Shown here one piece after another: positions 28,589-38,293 of a DNA stretch of 64,000 nucleotides. Where the stretch lies: contig JBAYVZ010000003.1 of the NCBI GenBank assembly GCA_041674285.1, forward strand, positions 20,606 through 84,605. Direction: 5' to 3'. The stretch comes from Minisyncoccota bacterium (lineage in GTDB: Bacteria > Patescibacteriota > Minisyncoccia > Phycocordibacterales > UBA9973). Under the pieces are notes generated by a model that saw nothing but the letters and a program-made list of their open reading frames with translations, did no database searches and had not been told where the DNA came from. Both the position numbers and the translations under genes were made by a program. Each line of letters starts with the position of its first letter. Within the stretch, counting starts at the first letter, position 1.

Positions 28589-29188
28589 TTATTTAACTTC
28601 TTCTGCTACTACTTCTTTGACTGCTTTTGGTGCACGAGACTTTAGCATCTTTAGTGCTCCGTATGTAGCGCGAGCATTGTTCAGCTTGTTCTTACTGCCT
28701 GATTGGATCTTACCAGTGACATTCTTGATACCAGCTAGGACCAACATGTCTCGAACAGTACTTCCTGCTACTAGACCCTTACCCTTGTTTGGCATAATGT
28801 TGATTCTTGAACTTCCGAATTTGAATGATGCTTCATGGTTGATTGACATTTCTTTTGTCACAGCGATTTTGAACATATTCTTCTTTGCAGCACGTAGAGC
28901 CTTTGCTATAGCTACAGCTGTGTCAGCACCCTTTCCTGTTCCTAGCCCGATTGAACCTTTTTTATCACCTATAGCGAGAGCTACAGCGAATGTCATACGA
29001 CGTCCCCCTGATACCACACGAGTAACACGGCGGATAGAAACCATTTTCTGGTCAAACTCTGGCTTTGGCTTTTCAAAGAAAGCACGTGGCTTTCTCTCTC
29101 CATTCCCTCCTGTGTTTGGTCGGCCACCTGCTGGTCTTGTACCGAAACGAGGTTTTGTATTTGTAGTTGGTTTGTTATTTGTATCCAT
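28589..29188 (-). CDS. rpsE: 30S ribosomal protein S5 with N-terminal Gly/Pro-rich extension
   Basis: S5 dsRBD and C-terminal domain motifs; no rpmD (L30) gene between rpsE and rplO. Confidence 0.9.
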   Translation of the reverse strand: MDTNNKPTTNTKPRFGTRPAGGRPNTGGNGERKPRAFFEKPKPEFDQKMVSIRRVTRVVSGGRRMTFAVALAIGDKKGSIGLGTGKGADTAVAIAKALRAAKKNMFKIAVTKEMSINHEASFKFGSSRINIMPNKGKGLVAGSTVRDMLVLAGIKNVTGKIQSGSKNKLNNARATYGALKMLKSRAPKAVKEVVAEEVK

Positions 29189-29196
29189 AAAATTTA

Positions 29197-29538
29197 TTAA
29201 AATTCTAAGCCTCCTGCGCGAGCGCCGTCAGCTAGTGCTTTTACGCGACCAGTATATTTAAATCCATTACGATCAAAAACAACAGTTTTTACTCCCTTTG
29301 CAGTAGCTAGCTTTGCTATCTCTGCTCCGACTGCTGTAGCACGTTCTGTCTTTGTCCCTTTTTCGATTTTCATGTCTGAAGAAGAAGCTAGAGTCACCCC
29401 TTTTGTATCATCAATAATCTGAGCATAGATAAATGCATTTGAACGAAATACTGAAAGACGAGGGCGTGAAGAACCAACACCAATCTTTGCACGAATCTTT
29501 TTCTTTAGACGTATTCTTTTTTCTTGTTTCTTGTTCAT
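29197..29538 (-). CDS. rplR: 50S ribosomal protein L18
   Basis: Conserved L18 sequence. Confidence 0.9.
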   Translation of the reverse strand: MNKKQEKRIRLKKKIRAKIGVGSSRPRLSVFRSNAFIYAQIIDDTKGVTLASSSDMKIEKGTKTERATAVGAEIAKLATAKGVKTVVFDRNGFKYTGRVKALADGARAGGLEF

Positions 29539-29543
29539 ATATT

Positions 29544-30080
29544 TTATGCAGCTTTCTTACCTTGCTTACGACGAATAACTTCAGTATCGTAACGGAAACC
29601 TTTACACTTGTATGGTTCTGGCTTCTTTAATGAACGAACATTTGCTGTCCACTGACCAACAAGTTCTTTGTCGATACCTATAACTGTAACTGTGTTCTTT
29701 TCTGCTGTAACTGTTAGACCCTCTGGGATATCTACGTTTACTGGGTGTGAAAAACCAAGAGCAAGCTTTAGAACTTTACCTGCTACTTCTGACTTGTATC
29801 CAACTCCTTCTAGGATAAGCTTCTTTGTATAACCAGTGTTTACACCGTTTACCATGTTTTTGATATGAGAAGCATATGTACCCCATAGAGCACGCTCTGT
29901 CTTATCATTCTCATTCTTTGGAGTTAGTGTGATTTCTGAACCGTTGATATTTATAGCAACAGTACCAGGGAAATCACGCACTAGTGTACCCTTTGATCCT
30001 TTTACAGAAAAAGTAGCACCTGTTAGCTTAACTTCAGTTCCTGCGGGGATATTTATTATTTGTTTTCCTATACGTGACAT
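29544..30080 (-). CDS. rplF: 50S ribosomal protein L6
   Basis: Conserved L6 sequence. Confidence 0.9.
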   Translation of the reverse strand: MSRIGKQIINIPAGTEVKLTGATFSVKGSKGTLVRDFPGTVAININGSEITLTPKNENDKTERALWGTYASHIKNMVNGVNTGYTKKLILEGVGYKSEVAGKVLKLALGFSHPVNVDIPEGLTVTAEKNTVTVIGIDKELVGQWTANVRSLKKPEPYKCKGFRYDTEVIRRKQGKKAA

Positions 30081-30089
30081 AAAATGTTA

Positions 30090-30476
30090 TTACCAGATTT
30101 TAAATAATACTTCGCCTCCGACCATCTCTTTACGAGCTTGCTTGTCTGTTAAGATACCTTTTGGTGTTGAAAGAAACATTGATCCAAAACCATGACGAAC
30201 AGAGCGGATATCCTTTACCCCCTTATAAACACGACATGATGACTTTGAAACACGTTCTACTCCTGTAACTTTTGGTGATCCATCTACATATACCAATTCA
30301 AGTTCTAGTGTAGGGAATCCCTTCTGCATCTTCTTTGTTGCTTTACCTAGGTACCCTTCTTTTACTAGAGCATCTGCTATTGATTGCTTTAATTTTGAAT
30401 ATGGAACAGTCACAGACTCGCGTTCTACGCGGTTTGCATTCTTTACCATATTTACCATGTTTGCTATTTGATCCAT
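30090..30476 (-). CDS. rpsH: 30S ribosomal protein S8
   Basis: Conserved S8 sequence. Confidence 0.9.
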   Translation of the reverse strand: MDQIANMVNMVKNANRVERESVTVPYSKLKQSIADALVKEGYLGKATKKMQKGFPTLELELVYVDGSPKVTGVERVSKSSCRVYKGVKDIRSVRHGFGSMFLSTPKGILTDKQARKEMVGGEVLFKIW

Positions 30477-30505
30477 ATATTTTTAGTTAAAAGTTTATTT
30501 TGAGA

Positions 30506-30691
30506 TTACCAAGAAGACTTGCGTACGCCTGGTAGCATACCTTCATTTGCCATTTCACGGAAGCAGATACGACATAGACCGAAATCTCTCATAAATGCAT
30601 GCCCACGACCACAACGAAAACAACGATTTGTCTCTCGAGATGTAAACTTACTCTTCTTTAAATGTCTTGCTATAACTGATGTTTTTGCCAT
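30506..30691 (-). CDS. rpsZ: 30S ribosomal protein S14 type Z (zinc-binding, 61 aa)
   Basis: MAKTSVIAR...C.RCG...CR.CFRE; the longer ORF to 30805 is an N-terminal over-extension. Confidence 0.85.
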   Translation of the reverse strand: MAKTSVIARHLKKSKFTSRETNRCFRCGRGHAFMRDFGLCRICFREMANEGMLPGVRKSSW

Positions 30692-30892
30692 ATTATAATT
30701 TATCTTAATAAAACTGCCCCAAGGACCGTCCTTGGGATATGATTGCGATATCTCATTCCTTTTCTTAAAAGTATTATCTCTTAAGGAGAAGAACGGATCT
30801 ATCAATCACGTCCCCCTATCCTATCAGATAGGTAGGATAATGTCAAATAAAAAAGCAGCATTATGTTTTCAGGCATAATACTGCTCTCTCTT

Positions 30893-31159
30893 TTAGTGAC
30901 CCTTAGCTGGTGGTTTCCTTTTAAAGAAAACCTTTGTCCAAAGGAGATAAACTCCTAAGGACATTATCACTAGTTGCATAACCCCTGCAACTAGGTTACT
31001 TAGCATTATCTTAATGCTAAGAGTGAAGGAATCGATCTCACGGACGTACGATTCTGGCGAGATCAAATGCCAGAAAAATAATACTATAAACCCTATAATA
31101 AGGGCGAAACCTGCGAACCACCTTGGGCTCGTTAGGATCCTAATCCAAAGTTCTCTCAT
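30893..31159 (-). CDS. small membrane protein (2 TM) inserted within the r-protein operon
   Basis: 88-aa ORF with two hydrophobic helices; sits between rpsZ and the DUF5672-like gene. Confidence 0.4.
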   Translation of the reverse strand: MRELWIRILTSPRWFAGFALIIGFIVLFFWHLISPESYVREIDSFTLSIKIMLSNLVAGVMQLVIMSLGVYLLWTKVFFKRKPPAKGH

Positions 31160-31232
31160 TTGTGTATATTATACACCTTTTCATCAATTTTGTCAATATT
31201 GGATAAATACCCTATTTTATAAGGCTAAACAC

Positions 31233-31258
31233 AATAAAATCCCTCAGATGAGGGATTT
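31233..31258. repeat. hairpin AAAATCCCTCA-GAT-TGAGGGATTT, downstream flank of the inserted gene
   Basis: Identical to the hairpin at 32302-32328. Confidence 0.7.
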
Positions 31259-32276
31259 AGAACAATTTTTTACTTTCAGTCACCTCCAATGGTATTGATT
31301 TAGTGCAAAGATAGAAATTGACCAATATTGAACCAACCTTGGTATTATATAAAACACTAGAATGTATCCCATTCATTGGATTGTCTGTATTTGACTCAGA
31401 TATATTCTCAATATCACCCGCTCGAGAATAATATTCTGCTCGCTTTTCAAGTATTTCTCTTATATCTTCATCTCTAAAAACGAGACAAACATTCAAATCT
31501 GTTTTGTTGTCTGAATTAAAAGAATACCCTTCTAGTGCGATATTTTCAAATACTCTTTTTATTTCTCTAAATTTAACAACTCTCCTACGTGGAAGAAAAA
31601 AAATCAAAGGAAAATCTGGGTATCTATTTACCAAGGTATCAATATTTTTATTAAATAAACCATGGAAACCAAAAGGCTTATCATACCAACCATAGTCCTC
31701 AACAACGCTAAATTTCATACCTAGTTCTGACTGAGCATATTTAACCCCCTCTTCTTCAAATAAGTCTCTGTACCACACACATAGTGCCACATCTTCAGCA
31801 TGGAATTTTGTAATCCTGCCTTCATTTGCAAACTTTTGCGAAAGTTCCAAAAACTTTTTACTTCGCAAGGAAAAACCACCATTACCTACGACAAACTTTG
31901 AGTCCGGCTTATTTCTATTTTTTTCTAACCAATGCATACCAGAAAGAGGTGCTCCAATATAGTCATATTCTAAAAATTCTGGGGTCCAACTTTCAGGATT
32001 TAAAACAAAACCATCATACTGAACCAATAGGACATAGTCCGTATCTACATAATCATTTAGATCTTGAATGCAAAATTTTGAAAAATCTTCTATTGATCCA
32101 ATATGTGGTATTTTTATTAATCTTTCATCATCTGATGATATTGAACTTAATAATTTAACAGAACCAAATTCAATACCCTTTTCAGAAATATCCATCGCAG
32201 CTATTAATCTTTCTATATTCACACAATCGATACCCAAAAGTGTAACATTTGGAAGTTGTATTCTACTCATATTCAT
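31257..32276 (-). CDS. hypothetical protein, possibly a DUF5672-like nucleotide-sugar transferase-like protein; inserted between rplE and rpsZ
   Basis: 339-aa ORF; family assignment from memory only (low); flanked by identical hairpins. Confidence 0.35.
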   Translation of the reverse strand: MNMSRIQLPNVTLLGIDCVNIERLIAAMDISEKGIEFGSVKLLSSISSDDERLIKIPHIGSIEDFSKFCIQDLNDYVDTDYVLLVQYDGFVLNPESWTPEFLEYDYIGAPLSGMHWLEKNRNKPDSKFVVGNGGFSLRSKKFLELSQKFANEGRITKFHAEDVALCVWYRDLFEEEGVKYAQSELGMKFSVVEDYGWYDKPFGFHGLFNKNIDTLVNRYPDFPLIFFLPRRRVVKFREIKRVFENIALEGYSFNSDNKTDLNVCLVFRDEDIREILEKRAEYYSRAGDIENISESNTDNPMNGIHSSVLYNTKVGSILVNFYLCTKSIPLEVTESKKLF

Positions 32277-32301
32277 ATAATACCATTTTAGAAACCAACA
32301 A

Positions 32302-32328
32302 AAAATCCCTCAGATGAGGGATTTTATG
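32302..32328. repeat. hairpin AAAAATCCCTCA-GAT-TGAGGGATTTT, upstream flank of the inserted gene
   Basis: Identical stem and loop to 31233-31258. Confidence 0.7.
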
Positions 32329-32336
32329 GAAACAGA

Positions 32337-32876
32337 TTATTTCTTGAATGGTACACCGATGAGTTCAAAGAATTTTGTTGCTTCAGGCTTTGTCTTGGCT
32401 GTAGTCACGATTGTAACTGCCATACCGAATACATCCTTTAGCTCTTCATCCCCTGTCTCTGGAAAGATTGTGTGTTCCTTTATAGACATAGTTAGATTAC
32501 CGATATCATCTACGATCTTTCTCTCGATACCACGAAAGTCTTTTGTACGAGGGATAGCTACATTGATTAGCTTGTCTAGGAATCCGTACATACGAGCTCC
32601 ACGTAGAGTAACAACTACACCGATCGGATCACCTGTACGAATCTTGAATGATGCGACAGATTTCTTTGCACCGCGTAGAGATGGCTTTTGACCAGTGATC
32701 TTTGCGATACGATCCATGATGAACTTGTTGCGATCCTTGTCGCGCTTGATACCAGAACCAGTACCAACAGCAACAACAACCTTTGTAAGGCGAGGTGCAG
32801 CCATACTACTCTTGTAGCCAAATTCACCCTTGAGTGTACTGTATGCTTTCTTTTCTTTTATCTTTGTTGTTTCCAT
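32337..32876 (-). CDS. rplE: 50S ribosomal protein L5
   Basis: Conserved L5 sequence. Confidence 0.9.
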   Translation of the reverse strand: METTKIKEKKAYSTLKGEFGYKSSMAAPRLTKVVVAVGTGSGIKRDKDRNKFIMDRIAKITGQKPSLRGAKKSVASFKIRTGDPIGVVVTLRGARMYGFLDKLINVAIPRTKDFRGIERKIVDDIGNLTMSIKEHTIFPETGDEELKDVFGMAVTIVTTAKTKPEATKFFELIGVPFKK

Positions 32877-32882
32877 AATATT

Positions 32883-33098
32883 TTAACTTACTTTCTTAAC
32901 ATTGGACACGTGGATAGGCATTGCCTTTTCTACGATCTGACCTTTTGCTCCACGAGTAGCTTTCATGTGTTTCTTCTTCATGTTTACACCTTCGATGATA
33001 ACCATGTTTGAAGTAGGCATTGCTTTCTCAATCTTGCCTTTCTTACCCTTACTTCCCCCAGCTATTACTATTACATTGTCTCCTTTTTTTACGTGCAT
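32883..33098 (-). CDS. rplX: 50S ribosomal protein L24
   Basis: KOW motif ([18 protein letters not shown]). Confidence 0.9.
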   Translation of the reverse strand: MHVKKGDNVIVIAGGSKGKKGKIEKAMPTSNMVIIEGVNMKKKHMKATRGAKGQIVEKAMPIHVSNVKKVS

Positions 33099-33227
33099 AT
33101 ATTTTCTAAATTTTATAATTTTTAATTTTGTAATTTCTAAATAATTTTTTAATGTAATAATTTTTAAACATTGAAGTTTGGGTCATTATTTAAAAATTAA
33201 AAATTGGAAATTAAAAATTCTTGTTAC

Positions 33228-33599
33228 TTAAATGACTTCCGGGGCAAGTGAGATTATTTTCTGGTATCCACGTTCTGCCAATTCACGAGGAATAGGACCG
33301 AACACACGACCTGCTTTTGGATCTTGCTTGTCTTTTTCTAGAATAACTACTGCGTTGTCATCAAATCTGATGTATGAACCATCTTTTCGGCGAAATGCAT
33401 TTGTAGTACGTACAACGACAGCCTGTAGAACGTCCTTTTTCTTTACTCCCTTGCGAGGTTCAGCTACCTTTACTGATAGGACTACACGGTCACCGATACC
33501 AGCATAACGACGCTTTGAAGATCCAAGCACTTTGAAAACCTTTCCGACTTTACCGCCGGCATTATCTGTGATCTTTACTACTGTTCCGTCTTGTATCAT
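33228..33599 (-). CDS. rplN: 50S ribosomal protein L14
   Basis: Conserved L14 sequence. Confidence 0.9.
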   Translation of the reverse strand: MIQDGTVVKITDNAGGKVGKVFKVLGSSKRRYAGIGDRVVLSVKVAEPRKGVKKKDVLQAVVVRTTNAFRRKDGSYIRFDDNAVVILEKDKQDPKAGRVFGPIPRELAERGYQKIISLAPEVI

Positions 33600-33608
33600 A
33601 AAATATTG

Positions 33609-33854
33609 TTACGCAATTACCTTAAAATGCTTGTCTTTTGACATTGGTTTTGTCTCTTCGATTTCGACTACATCGCCAATTTTCTTTGTGTTGTTTTCAT
33701 CATGAGCCTTGTATTTCTTGCTCTTCTTGATGCGCTTTCCGTATTTTGTGTGTTCTACGAAGCGAGTTACAGATACTACTACTGTCTTATCCATCTTGTC
33801 ACTTGTAACGACACCTTTTAATACTTTATTCTTATTTGTCTTTGTTGTATTCAT
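33609..33854 (-). CDS. rpsQ: 30S ribosomal protein S17
   Basis: Conserved S17 sequence; no rpmC (L29) gene between rpsQ and rplP. Confidence 0.85.
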   Translation of the reverse strand: MNTTKTNKNKVLKGVVTSDKMDKTVVVSVTRFVEHTKYGKRIKKSKKYKAHDENNTKKIGDVVEIEETKPMSKDKHFKVIA

Positions 33855-33859
33855 ATATA

Positions 33860-34282
33860 TTATCGTGCTACCACGCGAGTCTTAACTGGTAACTTTGTAC
33901 CGGCCTTTCGAAGTGCTTCTTTTGCAAGAGCTTCTGGGATGCCGTCTACTTCAAATAATACACGTCCAGGGAATATTTCTACGCAGTAACCTTGTGGATC
34001 TCCTTTACCCTTTCCCATACCTACCTCGGCTGGCTTTGCTGTAAATGGTCTGTCAGGGAAAATACGGATCCAAATGCGTCCGGCTTTTGTAGCAGTACGA
34101 GTAGCCACCTTACGAGCAGACTCGATTTGGTTTGACTTGATGCGTCCAGCACTGATAGCCTTGAGACCATATGAACCAAAAGCAACAGTAAGACCACGAG
34201 TCTCTACTCCACTCTGCATTCTACTCTCGCTCTTGCGACCAGTATGCCACTTTCTAAATTTTACTTTTTTGGGTAATAACAT
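33860..34282 (-). CDS. rplP: 50S ribosomal protein L16
   Basis: Conserved L16 sequence. Confidence 0.9.
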   Translation of the reverse strand: MLLPKKVKFRKWHTGRKSESRMQSGVETRGLTVAFGSYGLKAISAGRIKSNQIESARKVATRTATKAGRIWIRIFPDRPFTAKPAEVGMGKGKGDPQGYCVEIFPGRVLFEVDGIPEALAKEALRKAGTKLPVKTRVVAR

Positions 34283-34296
34283 ATAGATTATTTAGA

Positions 34297-34959
34297 TTAC
34301 TTTTTTTCATCACTAAAAACTTCTCCACGGTATATCCAGACCTTGATACCGATATCTCCATAACTCATATGAGCCTTTTCACGAGCAAAATCAACGTCAG
34401 CACGGAATGTCTGAAGTGGAATAGAACCACGCTTTATCTGCTCTGTACGTGCGATTTCTGAACCAGCAAGACGTCCTCCTAGGAATATACGTGCTCCCTT
34501 TACTCCGCGAGCAGTCATAACCTTTTCGATTGTCTGTTTTAGCACACGGCGGTATGGTAGACGCTTTTCAAGACCCTCGGCTATCATACATGCTACGATT
34601 GCAGCATCTGCATCAGGATTTGCTACTTCTACTATATCTAGCTTTAAATCTTCACTAGCTACGATACGGCGCTTTGCCAATGCCTTGATTATATCTGCCT
34701 TTAGCTTTGTAGCACCATCCCCTCCACGTCCGATAATCATACCAGGGCGAGATGTGTGAACGATAACTTTTGTAGCTTTTGCATTTCTTTCAATATCAAC
34801 ACGAGAAACATAAAAACCACGTAGCTTCTTTGCTAAGAATTCACGGATAACAACATCACTTGCTAGCAAGTTACTGTATTTCTTATCAGCAAACCATCGT
34901 GATTTCCAATCACGGAGTGTTACTAGTCTATGTGCGTATGGATGGACAACTTTTGACAT
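34297..34959 (-). CDS. rpsC: 30S ribosomal protein S3
   Basis: KH domain and C-terminal domain. Confidence 0.9.
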   Translation of the reverse strand: MSKVVHPYAHRLVTLRDWKSRWFADKKYSNLLASDVVIREFLAKKLRGFYVSRVDIERNAKATKVIVHTSRPGMIIGRGGDGATKLKADIIKALAKRRIVASEDLKLDIVEVANPDADAAIVACMIAEGLEKRLPYRRVLKQTIEKVMTARGVKGARIFLGGRLAGSEIARTEQIKRGSIPLQTFRADVDFAREKAHMSYGDIGIKVWIYRGEVFSDEKK

Positions 34960-34972
34960 AAATATCTATAAA

Positions 34973-35377
34973 TTAATCTTTCTTAGCAGTCTTTGCTACC
35001 TTTTTTGGAGCTTTTACTGTTTTTGGTGTTGATTTCGACTTTTTTGGTGTAATAACTTTTTCAGCAAGAGTAAGCACGACATGACTTGTGCGCTTGTTTA
35101 TGCGTGAAGCAGATCCACGAGCACGAGGCATTGAACGCTTCATAACTATACCCTTGTCTACTGTAACACTTGAAACTACAAGGTTTTCTGAACTTATACC
35201 AGAGTTCTTTGCGTTTGCAATTGCTGAATTCAATAGCTTTTGTATAGGAAGTGATGCTCTCTTTGGCAAGAAAGACAAATGCGTATTAGCATCAGCAACC
35301 CTTTTGCCTTTAATTAGTTCCGCTACAAGGCGAACCTTGCGGGGTGACTGTCTATAGTTTTTTAGAAATGCTTTCAT
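34973..35377 (-). CDS. rplV: 50S ribosomal protein L22
   Basis: Conserved L22 sequence with Lys-rich tail. Confidence 0.9.
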   Translation of the reverse strand: MKAFLKNYRQSPRKVRLVAELIKGKRVADANTHLSFLPKRASLPIQKLLNSAIANAKNSGISSENLVVSSVTVDKGIVMKRSMPRARGSASRINKRTSHVVLTLAEKVITPKKSKSTPKTVKAPKKVAKTAKKD

Positions 35378-35387
35378 AGTTTAATTA

Positions 35388-35735
35388 TTATTTCTTCTTA
35401 GTATCAGCTGTCGTAGCCTTTGCGGACTTTGCGGCTGTAATCTCAGCTTCTTTCTTCTTCTGCTCTAATTCTTTCTGCATCTTACCTCCGTGACGTACGA
35501 ATTTCTTTGTAGGAGAGAATTCACCCAATCGGTGACCTACCATGTCTTCTGAAACCAGAACTTCGACATGAGTCTTACCATTGTGCACCCCAAACATAAA
35601 ACCTACCATCACTGGCGATATAACGCACGCACGAGACCATGTTTTAATCATGCCTGTCTCGATTGGCTTTTTTCCGGCAATCTTTTTCAAGAGCCTTTCG
35701 TCTACATATGGACCTTTTTTTAGTGATCTTGTCAT
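35388..35735 (-). CDS. rpsS: 30S ribosomal protein S19
   Basis: Conserved S19 sequence; normally adjacent to rplB, here separated from it by ~7.9 kb. Confidence 0.9.
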   Translation of the reverse strand: MTRSLKKGPYVDERLLKKIAGKKPIETGMIKTWSRACVISPVMVGFMFGVHNGKTHVEVLVSEDMVGHRLGEFSPTKKFVRHGGKMQKELEQKKKEAEITAAKSAKATTADTKKK

Positions 35736-35839
35736 AACAATATAAAGAAGCTCTAACTGAGCTCGTAGGGTTATACTAGCAAATTTAAAATAATTGTCAA
35801 ATTTATCCCCCTACCCCATTTAACCCAATGTACATAGGA

Positions 35840-35881
35840 TTGTTTTTTTACCCAAATGTGGTACTGTAAAAGAAAAATTCT
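35840..35881 (+). promoter_or_regulatory. repeated 42-nt leader/promoter element ttgtttttttRcccaaatgtggtactgtaaaagaaaaattct (copy 1, upstream of the pyrD-like gene)
   Basis: Near-identical to 38219-38260; a partial third copy lies before 37019. Confidence 0.45.
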
Positions 35882-35908
35882 ATAAAACAAACAATAAACA
35901 AAAAGGTT

Positions 35909-36886
35909 ATGATACTACGCAACATCTATTTTCTCCCAGCACAAGGTGCCTCGGGAGTACAAGGTTTTTTTGGAGACCCAAGATATCCAGAATACAAACA
36001 CAGCGGATTGATAAGAGCGACTTTTGGAGATATTTTCCATGGAATGGGATTTGTTTCCAAGACAGGAACTTATTTCTACAACAAAGGCAATGTGGAATTA
36101 GACAGAAATGGCTATTCCTTTAAAAGATTTGCCCCAGACGCAATTCGACCTTTTATTCTCAGAGGGGCAGCCCTAAATGCTGTAGGACTCAGTAATCCTG
36201 GTTATGAAAAGTTACTCAAAACAGGTTTATGGTTTGAGCGAACAGACCCATTTATGTTGTCATTTATGGCAGTGGAGAATACAGTAGAAAAGAGAATTGC
36301 TGAAGCTGAACTATTTGTAGAAGAAATGGCAAATTATCTTGGAAAATTTCGCACTCAATTTGCACTACAAGTAAATCTTTCCTGTCCCAATGTAGGTCAC
36401 GAGCAACATGGCTTGATTGCAGAATCATACAAAATGTTTGAGATTCTAAATAGACTAAGAATTCCATTAGTTCCTAAAATCAACGCATTACTCGATCCGG
36501 GAATCGCTTTTGAAATCATGGATCATCCTGCCTGCGATGCCCTATGTGTATCAAATACCATACCTTTTGGACAAGGACCTAGTGGTAAAATTGATTGGTC
36601 TAAATATGGACCCAAAGGTAAATCACCGCTTGAAAGAAAGAAGTATCCCCCCGGTGGATTATCAGGTGCACCAATATTCCCATTGGTGGTAGATTGGCTA
36701 CGTCATGCTAGCGAACTGAAAAATAGCAAGCCAATAATCGCTGGTGGTGGAGTTATGGACAAGGAATCCGTAGAAATATTGGCACAATATCCAAATGTAG
36801 AGGCCATATCCATAGGATCAGTAGCATTCCTAAGACCAGGGAGAGTAAGGGGAATAATAAAACAATGCTATAAAAGCATTAATTAA
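35909..36886 (+). CDS. dihydroorotate dehydrogenase family (class 1-like) flavoenzyme
   Basis: LSNPGYEKL, NLSCPNV, GGLSGAPI, IIAGGGV motifs match the DHOD / dihydropyrimidine dehydrogenase fold. Confidence 0.65.
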   Translation: MILRNIYFLPAQGASGVQGFFGDPRYPEYKHSGLIRATFGDIFHGMGFVSKTGTYFYNKGNVELDRNGYSFKRFAPDAIRPFILRGAALNAVGLSNPGYEKLLKTGLWFERTDPFMLSFMAVENTVEKRIAEAELFVEEMANYLGKFRTQFALQVNLSCPNVGHEQHGLIAESYKMFEILNRLRIPLVPKINALLDPGIAFEIMDHPACDALCVSNTIPFGQGPSGKIDWSKYGPKGKSPLERKKYPPGGLSGAPIFPLVVDWLRHASELKNSKPIIAGGGVMDKESVEILAQYPNVEAISIGSVAFLRPGRVRGIIKQCYKSIN

Positions 36887-37018
36887 AATCCCATTTTTAA
36901 AAAAAATAGAAAGTCCTGTTTTGCTTGCGCAAAACAGGACTTCTTGCTTTCTGGGTCCAAAAAGGCTAATCTAAAAGAAAAATTTCTAAATTAAATCACT
37001 TCTTTAAACAACTAAATT

Positions 37019-38173
37019 ATGAGCAAAATCAAAACAACTGACGAATTTGATAATTTCTCTAAAAATTTTCAAAAGGAACACACCATGCCCTATGCTTTCG
37101 GGATCGGAATCTGCTTTGAGGACGAAAAAGGGAAACCTATTGCCCACAAGTGGCTCGCTCTAAGTGTAGACGAAAACCTTGGTACAGCTTCAGTATTGAT
37201 GAAATCAATGGGAATTAAAATGGAAGGAAACTACCCGCAATACTACAAAATGAATGAATTCATTGCCATAGATATTGAAAAATATTTTTCACCCTTCGAA
37301 AATGACGGGAAATATCATGAAAACATAAAGGCACTAGAATACACTCAATACATAAAGTATAAAAGGACTAATGCTGTATTAATTTTCTATCCAACACAAG
37401 ATTTCTTTGGAGGTATGATATCTAGTAATGCTGACGCACATTTTCGATTGGCAGCCATTTCTCGACTGAAATTTAAACCTAACACAATCTGTTTGGACAA
37501 TTTATTAAATGTTTTACCAAAAAATGTGTACCTAAGTAACGGAGATGTTTGCAGTATTGATTTTTGGAATCAAGAAGAATTTATAAAGGGAAACTCACAA
37601 GTTCAAATTCAAAACATAGACCAGATACCTTTTCTTATATGGGGAGCACCCATTCCACCTAAGGTGCGTATTGCTAGTATTGATTGTGCCAGACTCGGGG
37701 CATACCTATCCCCTGGAACTACGATCATGCCCTATGGCTTTGTAAATTTCAATGCTGGGACTCTCGGAAAATCAATGGTAGAAGGCACAATTTCTGCGGG
37801 AACCACTATTGATGATGGTACAGATATCGGTGCTAGGTCTGGATTCCTCGGAACACTTTCTGGTGGAAACACAACAAAGCTTTCAGCTGGTAAAAATTGC
37901 CTTATTGGTGCTGAGTCTCAGTGTGGTGTGATTCTGGGAGACAACTGCGTAATAGCGACAGGAACTTGTTTTGCACAAGGTACCCCAATTCTGGAAATTG
38001 ATCCAAACATTAAAGAACTTGATAACCCATCAAGAATAATCCGTATTGGAAAAGCAAAAGATTACAATGGCAAAAGTGACCTGACTTTCTGGAGAAATTC
38101 AATTACAGGTGCATTGGAAGTTTTTAATAAAACTAACAAGCATAGTCTGAACGAAGAACTCCACAAGAATTAA
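37019..38173 (+). CDS. left-handed beta-helix acyltransferase, DapD-like (tetrahydrodipicolinate N-succinyltransferase family) with ~200-aa N-terminal domain
   Basis: PPKVRIASIDCARLGAYLSPGTTIMPYGFVNFNAGT...hexapeptide repeats resemble DapD (..GAFI..T.LMPSYVNIGA..). Confidence 0.55.
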   Translation: MSKIKTTDEFDNFSKNFQKEHTMPYAFGIGICFEDEKGKPIAHKWLALSVDENLGTASVLMKSMGIKMEGNYPQYYKMNEFIAIDIEKYFSPFENDGKYHENIKALEYTQYIKYKRTNAVLIFYPTQDFFGGMISSNADAHFRLAAISRLKFKPNTICLDNLLNVLPKNVYLSNGDVCSIDFWNQEEFIKGNSQVQIQNIDQIPFLIWGAPIPPKVRIASIDCARLGAYLSPGTTIMPYGFVNFNAGTLGKSMVEGTISAGTTIDDGTDIGARSGFLGTLSGGNTTKLSAGKNCLIGAESQCGVILGDNCVIATGTCFAQGTPILEIDPNIKELDNPSRIIRIGKAKDYNGKSDLTFWRNSITGALEVFNKTNKHSLNEELHKN

Positions 38174-38196
38174 TTAAATTTAATAAAAATAAGCAC

Positions 38197-38228
38197 CCTA
38201 TGCATATAATGCATAGGGTTGTTTTTTT
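38197..38228 (+). terminator. terminator hairpin CCCTATGCATATAATGCATAGGG + T-run
   Basis: Perfect palindrome followed by TTGTTTTTTT; its T-run merges into copy 2 of the 42-nt element. Confidence 0.65.
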
Positions 38229-38293
38229 GCCCAAATGTGGTACTGTAAAAGAAAAATTCTTAATTTTAAATCACTCTTTAAACAATTAAATTT

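Noticed and set aside
28569-29261. 230-aa plus-strand ORF
   Set aside because: Antisense to rpsE; low-complexity shadow ORF.
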